The notes: generated by a model from the letters alone, not told the origin. DNA of 64,000 nt from an uncultured archaeon (GCA_000965745.1 CP009479.1:320001-384000), one strand, 5' to 3'. Shown: positions 1 through 9,771, numbered from the stretch's first letter. Made by a program: numbers and translations.

Positions 1-839
1 AAAAACATGTACTTGACCAGTCTCTTTGCCATGTCCAGATGACCTTCCATCTTTGCATCGGCTATCCTGTGCGCAAGATCCTTCTCAATGTGGAAGAGGC
101 ACCTCTGCCTCATTATCCGTATATTGAGGCTTGAAGATACCTTTTCCAGTGCGGATTCGTAATGGTACCCGTCTGTTGTGATGAATATATGATCCGGGAT
201 GGCGAACCTCGAGAGCGACCTGATTAAGAATCCTGCCAGTGTATCCTCCTTCAGGTCGTCAAGTATCTCTTCCACAAAGTTTCCGTTCTTTGAATCCTTC
301 AGGAGTGCCCTGTATTTCTCCATTCCGTCAATGTGTGCGTACTGCTCGTCATACACGAAATATCCGGAAGAATCCATCACCATGTCTGGTAGGGAAGGAA
401 CATATTTCCTGATGGTTTCATGGGATATGATCACGTTTCCTATGATGCGGAAGAGGTCTGCTGCCTTCCTCAGGGATGTCTTCACCCTGGTCTTGACGCC
501 CTTCTCCCTGACATCCTCAGGGTAATGCTTTCCGTAACCGTAATTTGGAGGCCTTGCAACGAATGAATATCTGCAGTCCCTGCAGATATATCTCTGCACC
601 CTGAATACAGTACCATTCTCCAGGGTCCTGAGGCATGTTCCGTTTCGAACCACGTTCTTTGAGCGGCACTGCGGGCACATGGGATTCATGAAGCTGATCA
701 GATCGTTTTCCTTCAGTTCAATGTCCATCATGGGAATGTTGTTGACCAGGAAGAGAGGAGAAGAATCAACTGAGGCATAATCGTCAAGGGATGTGGAAAC
801 CCTCTTGAATTCAGTGTAGGGCGCCTTCCTCAGTCGCAT
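1..839 (-). mobile_element. DDE transposase with N-terminal Zn-ribbon (IS256/Mutator-like superfamily), runs off the left edge
   Basis: Manual minus-strand translation from ATG at 839: MRLRKAPY...CPQCRSKNVVRNG...QRYICRDC...YDEQY...ITTDGYHY...RQRCLFHIEK. Not in the ORF track because its stop codon lies outside the window. Confidence 0.85.
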
Positions 840-899
840 GTGATGGAATACTACAATCATATTTCATGATTTCGGTTACGTGATGAGGGCTGAGTGGAG

Positions 900-921
900 T
901 CAACTAAATTTTGACAATGTC
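900..921 (-). repeat. Probable terminal inverted repeat of the left-edge IS
   Basis: GACATTGTCAAAATTTAGTTGA on the minus strand matches GAGATTGTCAAATCCCCGTTGA at the end of the homologous transposase fragment (16128-16149). Confidence 0.6.
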
Positions 922-1627
922 CTTATTTTGGAGATGGGGAAATACGGACGATAAATTTGCTCTGTATCTTGTAATAATCAATTGGTTTTTTGAATTAACC
1001 CGTAATACACGGAAAACGTGACATAATTGGCATCTGCAAGGAAGAAGAGTTGAACTACCTTTTTTATGACTTCACAACGGCTTTTCGATGGTAGGAATCA
1101 AGTTAAGAGGAAGGGTATCAAAGCATATTCTCTGACTTGATTCTCCTTGGGGTAATAGATCGTGATAGACGACACCTGCAGATTTTTGATGAGTTAGCAC
1201 CACTTGTTCAAGAAGTGATAGGTGAATCATGACATCAGTTCAGTCAAGACAATCACTTATACTTGAGTGCCTTCTGGAGATAACCAGAGCCTCGACATTG
1301 ACAATTGAGGTTAGTAGTTAATAAATAATATTTCCAAGATATTTGAAATAAATCTGACATGTGGTAGTCTCTTTTACAACTTCCAACATAAACCTAATAC
1401 CTTAATTTTGAGACTCTTAAGTATTTAATAATATTATGAATTTGGGTTAAATTCATCCTCAACGTGACTCATCAAAATACCATTGCTATTACTAGCGGAA
1501 TTAAAAAAGCCAACCATCTAGAAGTGGGAATAAAAATGAGATTGCATTCTGTTATTGTATAGTAAGGAGATAATTAAAAATGCGAAAATAGTAATTGCGA
1601 AATCCCTAAAACAAAGGGTTTCCAAGC

Positions 1628-1674
1628 ACTCAAAAATTCAGTAAATATTTAAATATGTGTAGTAAATTTTAATC
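1628..1674 (+). promoter_or_regulatory. Leaderless archaeal promoter with upstream ACTCAAAAATT motif
   Basis: TTTAAATA at 1648-1655, 27 nt before ATG 1675. The same architecture occurs at 6409-6455 on the minus strand. Confidence 0.6.
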
Positions 1675-1857
1675 ATGAAATACCGCAAAAATAGGTATGA
1701 TGAAGGAGAGACTTGTCGGTCCACAATACTGACAGTCTCCCTCCCAAAGGAGATGCTGGCCACAATAGATGAAGCGGTACGAGTCCTTAAGACCGACCGC
1801 TCGAAGGCTGTGAGATACGCCATAGAACAGGTGTACGGGCTCATGAAAAAGGAGTGA
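1675..1857 (+). CDS. Ribbon-helix-helix (CopG-like) regulator
   Basis: ILTVSLPKEMLATIDEAV...DRSKAVRYAIE RHH pattern, directly upstream of a replication-like gene. Confidence 0.8.
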   Translation: MKYRKNRYDEGETCRSTILTVSLPKEMLATIDEAVRVLKTDRSKAVRYAIEQVYGLMKKE

Positions 1858-1864
1858 AAAAAAG

Positions 1865-3387
1865 ATGGTAGAAGGTCAAGTTAATATACCAACCACGAAT
1901 ATAAATTTTTCCGATAAGAGGCTCTGCTACCGGCTGGACAGCAAAGTAAGTCTTGCATTCGAAAAGGGATCATTCTTCAAGGTTACGGAAAGGAATGGCC
2001 AGCAGAAGATGGAGACACTTTGCTCTTATCCACTCTCGATTATAGGTCTAGTCAAGCAAGGAAATCAGTGGAGAATCAAATACAAGTTTTCGGGAGAGGA
2101 GAGAACAGACACGATTCTTACAATGGGCGAGCTTATCAGACAGCAGATGAGCCCAACATCGAACATCATGTCTTACTTCAAACAGTTCATTCATAAATTC
2201 AGAGATGACTGTGAGCGCAATGGTTTATTCGAAGTCTGGCACGACTCTGTATCGGTACAAGATGGGTTAATGTAATCGCAGTAGAGAACTTACCAGAGCA
2301 GAATGCGAAGAATATCCTACTGATTCTCAAGAAGCTTGCAGAGTTGTCAACGAACAAAGACGCATTCCTTACGAGCATGTATTACAACCTGATGGCACCT
2401 CTTAGCTTCGAGATAAGGAACAAAGGCCAGAAGTTCCCATACAGGCTTAGTTCTGGAAGGACTCATGGAGGAAAGACGACCATAGAATCTCTTTTCACGC
2501 TACAAGGGTTCAACCAAGAATTGTCGCAGAGAAAGGAGACAATCAACACAGTGAAGACAATCTTTACCTTTGGACAGCAAGTTGAGAAGTCAAGTCTTCC
2601 CTTTGTCATTGACGACATAAAGAATGAATGGCTCGAAAAATACGCTGAAGAGTTGAAGGGAGCAACTGATGGGGTCAAATTCATGGCCAGAGGGACTAAG
2701 GCACAGACGCAGAATGAGTGGCGTATGCTTGGTATGCCAGTATTTACCATGAATGCTGAGCCAGACATACCCCTTGCCCTGATGGACAGGATAATCATTA
2801 GTCGGTACACGGAGGAGCACTCGAAGAGACAGGACAAGGCAAAGTTCGAATCCTTAAAGAGGGCATTGAAACCTGGGTTCATGCTTAAGCTCATAATGGG
2901 GACCTTAGCAGGTAAGAATCTGGAGGAGATCCTCAACAATGTGCACTACAGGGCCAACAACGACAACGAGGTCAATGGACTTCTTATCAAGTACTCTGAA
3001 GGGCTCACAGTCGAACTCTGTAAAAAGTACGGGATAGAACCACTCAGCACTGGGCTTGTTCTTGAGTCAGTGGAGCAATCACTCATAGAGAGATTTTGCA
3101 CATATGTCTACACAAAAGTGAGTACCTTATCTAATTGGGACAATGCTCGTTCTCTGAAGTACTGCGAAGTTAATAAGGGCAAAGATAAGAAAGAACAATT
3201 CATCTATATCTCCTCTGAAGGGTTCAACGATTTCGTTAAGGACCACAGACTGAAGAAGATGACCATGACTGACTTCGTAAATGAGGTGAACAGTCCTGAT
3301 ATAAGGGTCAAGACAGTCTACAACCGTTCTTGGGTCTTTCTCCTTTTAAGTTGTTGTCATAGTATATCCTACAGGGATTGGTTTTAA
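1865..3387 (+). pseudogene. Plasmid/virus-type P-loop replication helicase-like protein, frameshifted near 2265
   Basis: ORFs 1865-2275 and 2344-3387 are in different frames, and the second frame is open back to at least 2260 (VIAVENLPEQNAKN...). Walker A GRTHGGKTT and Walker B FVIDD. Confidence 0.65.
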
Positions 3388-3535
3388 GACCACAATTTAC
3401 ACGCCTAACAACATTTTGTTTTATGATGTCTGTGGTGCAGATTCCTTTAAAACCTACGAATCTCTCAGGATTTCCGTCATTATAAGTAACCTTGAGTGCA
3501 ATATCCATTTTTATCGCCTCTCCTGAAGCAAAGGA

Positions 3536-4627
3536 TTATCTGAAGATGCTCGAAGTGTCCTTAGCCTTAAGCATTTCTTCAAGCGTTTCCACAAATCTAA
3601 TTCCGGGCATAAAGAAATCTGGCCCCCTCTTAATTGGCTTAAAATCTTTAATCTCTTCCCCCAGGGAAAAAAAGACAGTTTTTCCACTCGAGTAATCATC
3701 ATTATCTTCGAGTGCATCAAAACAATTCTTCCAGCTTTTGGCTATTGACATATCACCTCGTTTTATTTCTTTAATAGCGTATAAATGGGTTATTGCACTT
3801 TGTTCTGGTTCGTAGGTCGCGAGATACTTTGGTTGCCTGTTTCTCCTCAATTGGAAAAATCCATAGCCTCCCGTTTCTTCAATGAAGTTTATCCCAGTGC
3901 AGGGACTATAGGTATTAGCAGAACAAACAACTACTTCCGGAGAATTAGCAGCCTTACTGTTATTATTATCGTAGTTATATGTACCGTTTTGCTCTGCTTG
4001 TGGGCCCTGTGGGGCCAAAGTAACTTCTATGTCCAGATTATCAACTATAAAATCGGGTGAAACTTTCAATTTATCCGAAATATAATCTAATACTTGGCTT
4101 CTTATTTGTGAAAAATCTTCCTTTATAAAACTAGATAATTTGTCTCTTAGACCCTCTTGCTTTTGAATGGAATCCAGGAAGTTTGGATATGAATCTTTTG
4201 ACAGGCCAAAAAATATCTCTATGCTCTGCCCACTTACCCACCGATAAATTGGGGTACTTTTGTCTATATGGTATACTAACAACTCCCTTCCGTTATAGAG
4301 ACAACCATATTGGGCCCTGACAACCCCAATATATGAGTTTACTTGGTCAGAATAGGCTTCCAAATCATACTCCTCTGGACCTTTAGCTTCAATTACTAAG
4401 CGAGAGTTTCCATTTTCAAGAACATAATCTGGGGTGATCCAATTGCCAGAGCCCACAGGATAGGATTCCTCAATTTTTACGTCTTCAACAAGATCCCAGC
4501 CCAGTTCCTCTATCAATTTAGTGAGCACCAACTGTCTTAAGCGACTTTCTTTTCCCAATATTTCTTCACCTAGTTTTACAAGTCTTGCTACTTCCATTCT
4601 ACGTTCCATGTATTTATCCTCCCGCAC
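3536..4627 (-). CDS. HsdR_N-like PD-(D/E)xK nuclease fused to a C-terminal domain (possibly PUA/EVE-like)
   Basis: IEE...PDYVL...LVIEAK...QVNSYI...YGCLYNGRELLVY is the HsdR N-terminal signature. No helicase motor is present. Confidence 0.75.
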   Translation of the reverse strand: MREDKYMERRMEVARLVKLGEEILGKESRLRQLVLTKLIEELGWDLVEDVKIEESYPVGSGNWITPDYVLENGNSRLVIEAKGPEEYDLEAYSDQVNSYIGVVRAQYGCLYNGRELLVYHIDKSTPIYRWVSGQSIEIFFGLSKDSYPNFLDSIQKQEGLRDKLSSFIKEDFSQIRSQVLDYISDKLKVSPDFIVDNLDIEVTLAPQGPQAEQNGTYNYDNNNSKAANSPEVVVCSANTYSPCTGINFIEETGGYGFFQLRRNRQPKYLATYEPEQSAITHLYAIKEIKRGDMSIAKSWKNCFDALEDNDDYSSGKTVFFSLGEEIKDFKPIKRGPDFFMPGIRFVETLEEMLKAKDTSSIFR

Positions 4628-4820
4628 TCATTTTAGCTATGTTTTCTAGACTCATAATATCCAGCACCCACTTGTCGAAATACAAGGTATTTTTTCCGTC
4701 AGCAAATTTGCCACGAGTGTAAAGTGAGAGAAATATTGCAAGTCATTCTCATTACTCAAAAAAATAATATAAAATTTCCTATGTTTTACAAGACTTAATG
4801 AATTCAAAAACCAAATTAAA

Positions 4821-6077
4821 GATCGTGTGCATAAAGTGATGTAATTTTAAAGAGGTCCCGCAAAATTTGGAATTAGGAGGACCAAAAGATGCAGGACCAG
4901 TTGAACATGGTAGAGGAATTAATAAGCACTTTCCTGAATGACAATCAGGAAGGGAAGAAACAGCTGATCGAGTGGTTTCTGAACGAAGTCATGGACAGGG
5001 AAGCGATGGATCAGATCAGGGCGGAGTGGTATGAAAGATCTGAGCAGAGGAAAGCACACAGGAATGGCAAGAGGAAGAGATCACTGAAGACATCGGACGG
5101 CGATCTGATGCTGGAGAAGCCCCAGATACCTGAGTTTCCATTCGAAACACAGGTATTTGACCGGTACAGCAGAGTCGAGAGAGCAGTTGAATCAGCAATC
5201 CTGGAATCGTACATACAGGGTGTCTCAACAAGGAGAGTGAAGAGCATTGTTGAGACCCTTGGGATACGAAAAGTATCCCCGTCCTATGTCTCATCACTCT
5301 CCTCCGATCTGGATCAAAAGGTGAAGGAATTCCTTGAGCGTCCCATAGAAAAGGAGATCAGGTACATGTATGTGGATGCCACATACATCAAGGTACGCCA
5401 GGATTCAAGGTACAAAAGCATGGCGCTGTACATTGCTGCTGGCGTGAGAGAGGATGGATACAGGGAAATCCTGGGAGCAAGGCTTTATGACTCTGAGACA
5501 GAAATCGACTACGAATCATTCTTCGATGATCTTAAGGATCGCGGTCTGAGAGGCTTAGAGCTGGTGATATCAGATGGCCATAAGGGAATCAGGGAGGCTG
5601 TACTCCGATCTTTTCCGGGTGCATCATGGCAGTTCTGCCATGTGCATTTCATCAGGAACCTGATGAAGAAGATTCCAAAGAAAAGATGGGGGTCAGTATC
5701 ACTCATAGTGAAGGAATCACTTGAGAATCCTTCACTCATGCCTCTGGCACAGCAGGCATTGATGGATCATGGAATGGACAGGGCTGCTGAGATGTACGAG
5801 CGATGGTCGGATTCACTGTACAACTATCAGTCCTGTCCACAGCAGCACTGGCGCAGGATAAGAACAACAAACATGATGGAGCGTCTCAATTACGAGATCA
5901 AGCGTCGTACAAAGAAAGTGGGTGCGTTTCCATCTGAGAAAGCGTTGATCAGGTTGGCAGGAGCGGTGTTGATGGACGTGAATGAGGAGTGGATCACTGG
6001 GCGAAAGTATTTGAGAATGGAGGAGTTGCACGGTGGGGGAGTCCCTCTTTAATTTACAGCACTTGGTGCACATGACC
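4821..6077 (+). mobile_element. IS256-family insertion sequence
   Basis: Imperfect TIRs: GATCGTGTGCATAAAGTGATGTAA at 4821 versus GGTCATGTGCACCAAGTGCTGTAA (reverse complement ending 6077). No target-site duplication. Confidence 0.9.
4889..6052 (+). CDS. IS256 transposase
   Basis: YVDATY, VISDGHKG, WQFCHVHF and RTTNMMERLN motifs. Confidence 0.95.
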   Translation: MQDQLNMVEELISTFLNDNQEGKKQLIEWFLNEVMDREAMDQIRAEWYERSEQRKAHRNGKRKRSLKTSDGDLMLEKPQIPEFPFETQVFDRYSRVERAVESAILESYIQGVSTRRVKSIVETLGIRKVSPSYVSSLSSDLDQKVKEFLERPIEKEIRYMYVDATYIKVRQDSRYKSMALYIAAGVREDGYREILGARLYDSETEIDYESFFDDLKDRGLRGLELVISDGHKGIREAVLRSFPGASWQFCHVHFIRNLMKKIPKKRWGSVSLIVKESLENPSLMPLAQQALMDHGMDRAAEMYERWSDSLYNYQSCPQQHWRRIRTTNMMERLNYEIKRRTKKVGAFPSEKALIRLAGAVLMDVNEEWITGRKYLRMEELHGGGVPL

Positions 6078-6408
6078 TGCGAGATAGGTATTCCACTATG
6101 TTTTGTGGTGAACTCAATATCAAGCCCTTAAAGTATTTATTGAGGTAGTTTTCAAGGCTCTTTTGGTAGTTTTTCTCGTATCTATTGGCCTTCATCCAGG
6201 TCATAAAACCTTCAGACATATTCACAACTAATTGGACTTGTGGTTTCACTTCATTTGAAGAGGGTTGACCAAATGGTGTAAAGCCACCATTGAAAAACTC
6301 ATTCAATCTTGCGTTCACCCATTGGTATAAGTTGATGCCAAAATCCTGTGCTTTTTCAACTAAATCCCCTCTTAGATTTAGTGTGGTAATTTTATTGCCT
6401 CTTTCCAT
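6078..6408 (-). pseudogene. N-terminal fragment of an archaeal tyrosine integrase with RHH/CcdA-like N-terminus, truncated by IS256
   Basis: TTLNLRGDLVEKAQDFGINL (RHH-like) followed by FMTWMK...YQKSLENYLNKYF...SPQNIVEYL, which resembles a core-binding domain. The frame runs into the IS256 end. Confidence 0.55.
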
Positions 6409-6642
6409 ATTACTTATTATCTCGCAGTATTTAAAACGTTACAAAATTTTTGAGTTCCTTTATTGTGGGAAAATGCCTATTTGATGGGGTGAGAGAAAGA
6501 ATATAAGAAAAATTATATTTGCAATAAAGCAAGTTTGACAGATACAGAGCACCAAACAAGTTTGGATAACGAACTTATTTTACCGCAATAATAAATAAAT
6601 ACCACTAAATTGTATTCTTTTGGCTACAAAGGGAATGCGGAA

Positions 6643-8394
6643 ATGACTTTATCTGAAGACATCGAGGAATTATATTTATCAGAAATACTCAAAATGACTG
6701 GAAGGGAGGAACGTTTAACTAGAAATCCTTTACTAACTGAATACCAAAAACAGGGTTTTAAAAATGTACTAGCTTCATTGATAGATAAGAATGCTCAAAA
6801 TAGGGATTATCTAGCTAAATGTGATTTATTTAATAGAAGTCTTTTAATTTTAGGGATAAAACCTGTAAGAAACTCTTTTTTTGAAATAGTATTTGAAAAT
6901 ACAGATTTTTCTAACATTGACCAAGTAAAATTAGCAGTAAAAAGGTTCAGAGTCATTGCCATGTTAGAGTATGGTAGTTTTAGATTCGCTTACAAGATTC
7001 TAAAATTTGGTGAAGACAAACTTAGAGATATCACTCTGAAGGAAATATATGAAACATATTTTCCCAAAGGTGAGAAGTTAAAGGAGAGGAACAAGAAATA
7101 TAATGATAAAGTGGAACCAATTGGATTGAGGAACATTCCTCCAAGCACATTATTCGTATTGGGGTACTTGGCAGGTGAGCAGTCGAAGAGAGTCAATGAT
7201 GCAAGAGTCAAGCTCAAAGAAATACTAGAAGATGCTCTCACCAAGCAGAACATGAAGAATTTTGCCGATTTGAAAAAACTTGCAGAGAAGCACAATGAGA
7301 AAAATTTGAACCTTCTGGCAACTAATGCGGAAATTTCTGGTATGGAACGGTTATTGCTCCCTTCTTTCTATGCACCAAACGAAACTTATTCTGATGTGAT
7401 AAGGGGCATTCTAAAGGACTGCATCTCAATAGGTCAAGATGAATTTGATCAAGCGAGGAGGAACGGAAGTTTGAATACCACTACATATCTTGGATTGCAG
7501 GAAATTGATGCTTATCTAGCAACTTCTATGAGAGACCCGCTTCACTTTACCACAAATCATGCGTTCATCAAATCTTTGTTCTCAAATCCTCAATTAAAAG
7601 ATTGGAAAATTCATTATTTCGACCCTACCCAATCATACATGGAGAATAGAATAGAGAAAGGTTTAGTAGAGTCCTTAATGATTAAACGGTCTAAAGTAAC
7701 GATTTACAATGCTCAAGAATCTGATACCTTCGGGAAAGATTCAGAAGCTGCAGTAGCACTAGCTCAAGGTAAAGAAGTGATCGTATATGTTAGCAGGCTA
7801 TTCTCCAAATCACCTGAATTTAAGGAATTATATGAGATAATAGATAAAGCTACTGAATTCGATACACCTGATGAACTTGTAAATATCTTCGTTGAAAGGA
7901 AATTTTTGACCTCGGAAGAGGCTAAACAACTTTTAGTTCCTGGGAAATCTAAGGGAGATGCAATAGAACGGGTGTCTAGTGAGTATTCAAACAAGATCTT
8001 ATCAAAATTTGATGAACTCCAAATTGCAACTGAACTTATGTATTATGGTTATGATCCAGAATGGGAAAAGGGCTATCCTGCAAGTAATGCTTCTAAACAT
8101 ATTTCAAAGTTAGAGAGGAGGGCACTAACATTTAAAGATGTTCACCCATTATCATTTCAGGTATCGGCACTAGATGGTGTCGCTAGGGGCGTTATCGTCA
8201 CACGTTCTGTTGATGATACTGCCCATGTACTCAAAGGACTCCTTGTGGGAAATCTAAGTTATGATATTATAGATAATGATTCAAATGCTATTCTTTTGGA
8301 GCAAAAAACTCGTTCTCCTATGAGGGTGGTCACAAAAGAGCCAACCTTAACAACTTCATTCTGGAGTGAGTTTTCGCGTGAAACCCGAAATTGA
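6643..8394 (+). CDS. Large uncharacterised protein with a nucleoside 2-deoxyribosyltransferase (NDT/TIR-like) domain
   Basis: YLATSMR...YFDPTQ...MIKRSKVTIY...DTFGKDSEAAVALAQGKEVIVY. AT-rich; ATG 6643 preferred over TTG 6610. Confidence 0.7.
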   Translation: MTLSEDIEELYLSEILKMTGREERLTRNPLLTEYQKQGFKNVLASLIDKNAQNRDYLAKCDLFNRSLLILGIKPVRNSFFEIVFENTDFSNIDQVKLAVKRFRVIAMLEYGSFRFAYKILKFGEDKLRDITLKEIYETYFPKGEKLKERNKKYNDKVEPIGLRNIPPSTLFVLGYLAGEQSKRVNDARVKLKEILEDALTKQNMKNFADLKKLAEKHNEKNLNLLATNAEISGMERLLLPSFYAPNETYSDVIRGILKDCISIGQDEFDQARRNGSLNTTTYLGLQEIDAYLATSMRDPLHFTTNHAFIKSLFSNPQLKDWKIHYFDPTQSYMENRIEKGLVESLMIKRSKVTIYNAQESDTFGKDSEAAVALAQGKEVIVYVSRLFSKSPEFKELYEIIDKATEFDTPDELVNIFVERKFLTSEEAKQLLVPGKSKGDAIERVSSEYSNKILSKFDELQIATELMYYGYDPEWEKGYPASNASKHISKLERRALTFKDVHPLSFQVSALDGVARGVIVTRSVDDTAHVLKGLLVGNLSYDIIDNDSNAILLEQKTRSPMRVVTKEPTLTTSFWSEFSRETRN

Positions 8395-8613
8395 AGCACA
8401 ACTATATGAATTCACAATCACCTAAATTATAGAAACTCTCAAAGGGTATTTAGGGGTCCAAAACACTGAATGTTATTTACACGCAAAGAGAAGGATACCT
8501 TTCCAAATTATCAAAGTAAATTTTTCAATCATTTCCTCTATCAGTTTGATAACTCATTGCCATGTAATACTCATTGGACAAAACAGTCAGAAATGCTTCC
8601 AGAAGTAAGTCGG

Positions 8614-8800
8614 ACTCTTAATCCATAGGTCGGGGGTTCGAACCCCTCCGGACCCGCTAAATACCTGTTTGCTTCTGTGAGCATTTTCATTAGTAGAATT
8701 TTTTAAGACGGCAGAAAGGTATCCATCTTTCAGTTTTGAATGTGGGGGAACTTAGGATTATGCCAGCTTGAAAGTAATTCTTGTATTACGGGTAATACAG
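8614..8800 (+). repeat. att-like repeat copy 1: 3' half of tRNA-Lys(CTT) (8614-8658) plus 142-bp conserved arm
   Basis: ACTCTTAATCCATAGGTCGGGGGTTCGAACCCC...GGACCCGCT contains the anticodon loop, T-arm and acceptor 3' strand but no D-arm. Ungapped match to 11269-11455. Confidence 0.9.
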
Positions 8801-8941
8801 ATTGGAAGGCAAATATTTATGAGAACTTCTCACTAATTTATTCAACCATAGAAAATAACGGTTCAAATATCGACTGAGGCCCTACAACCGACGTCTTACA
8901 GTCACTTATTCCACTGACTTGGAAAGACCTAATATTATACA

Positions 8942-8957
8942 CACACATATATGTGTG
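8942..8957. promoter_or_regulatory. Perfect 16-bp palindrome, probable VapBC operator
   Basis: CACACATATATGTGTG immediately upstream of ATG 8963. Confidence 0.65.
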
Positions 8958-8962
8958 ATATC

Positions 8963-9202
8963 ATGGGAAGCAAAAACATTTCTATCTCCGACGAAGCTTA
9001 TTCCAGACTGAAAAAGTTCAAGGGAAAGAATGAGAGTTTCACAGACGTGATAAACAGGTTGACAAACAAAGCCACTCTGCTGGACCTCAGGGGAACACTA
9101 ACACAAGATGAGGCAGAATCTATGCTGAAAAATATAAACGAAGCGAGGAAGTTGAGCGGGAAAAGATACCAGAACATTAGCGAGATGCTGGAGCATCAAT
9201 GA
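8963..9202 (+). CDS. vapB: VapB-type antitoxin
   Basis: MGSKNISISDEAYSRLKKFKGKNESFTDVINRL; overlaps the PIN gene (ATGA). Confidence 0.9.
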   Translation: MGSKNISISDEAYSRLKKFKGKNESFTDVINRLTNKATLLDLRGTLTQDEAESMLKNINEARKLSGKRYQNISEMLEHQ

Positions 9203-9591
9203 TTGCTGATACCACATTCCTCATAGACATAATGAGGGGAGACCGTTCAGCCATAGAAAAGGGAGAGGAACTGGAAAGAGATGGGGTGCAGGTCAACATA
9301 ACTACAGTTTCCGTATTTGAACTATACGTGGGGCTTAACTCAAGTATCAGGCCAATAGAGGAGAAGAACAAAATCGACAAGGTTCTTGGAAATATTGTCG
9401 TTCACCACTTCGATTTTGATGCTGCAAGAGAGGCCGGAGAAATATTCGCAGACAAAAAACGCAGGGAGCTAACCATTGATCCAGAAGACGCTATGATAGC
9501 AGGGATATGCATCTCCAATGAAGAACCCATTCTGACTAGAAATGTCAACCATTTCTCAAACATTGGCAGACTAACAGTTGAGTCTTATTGA
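9199..9591 (+). CDS. vapC: VapC PIN-domain toxin
   Basis: IADTTFLID...SVFELYVG...EDAMIAG...ILTRNVNHF. Confidence 0.95.
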   Translation: MIADTTFLIDIMRGDRSAIEKGEELERDGVQVNITTVSVFELYVGLNSSIRPIEEKNKIDKVLGNIVVHHFDFDAAREAGEIFADKKRRELTIDPEDAMIAGICISNEEPILTRNVNHFSNIGRLTVESY

Positions 9592-9771
9592 ATTATGGTG
9601 ATATCAGTTTGACTCTGTTTCTTCAAACTTTGGTACCCTACTGCAAGGGGCTTTAATCACATGGACTGAATATCAGACAAAGGGCCTGACGGGAACTGAA
9701 TACAATTACCCCAGTTACGTATATCCTACAAGCAATCAGTACGACAGTTTCCATATAGCATATGAGTTGTC

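Noticed and set aside
991-1009. Partial match to the att-arm palindrome (TGAATTAACCCGTAATACA)
   Set aside because: Only one half-site is good, it needs a gap, and there is no adjoining tRNA fragment.
8614-8658. Functional tRNA-Lys or split-tRNA half genes (also 11269-11313)
   Set aside because: No 5' half or D-arm and no complementary leader seen; the mobile context makes att remnants far more likely.
9681-9702. Possible degenerate tRNA 3' fragment on the minus strand (TTCAGTTCCCGTCAGGCCC)
   Set aside because: Short, imperfect T-loop and no matching tRNA in the window.
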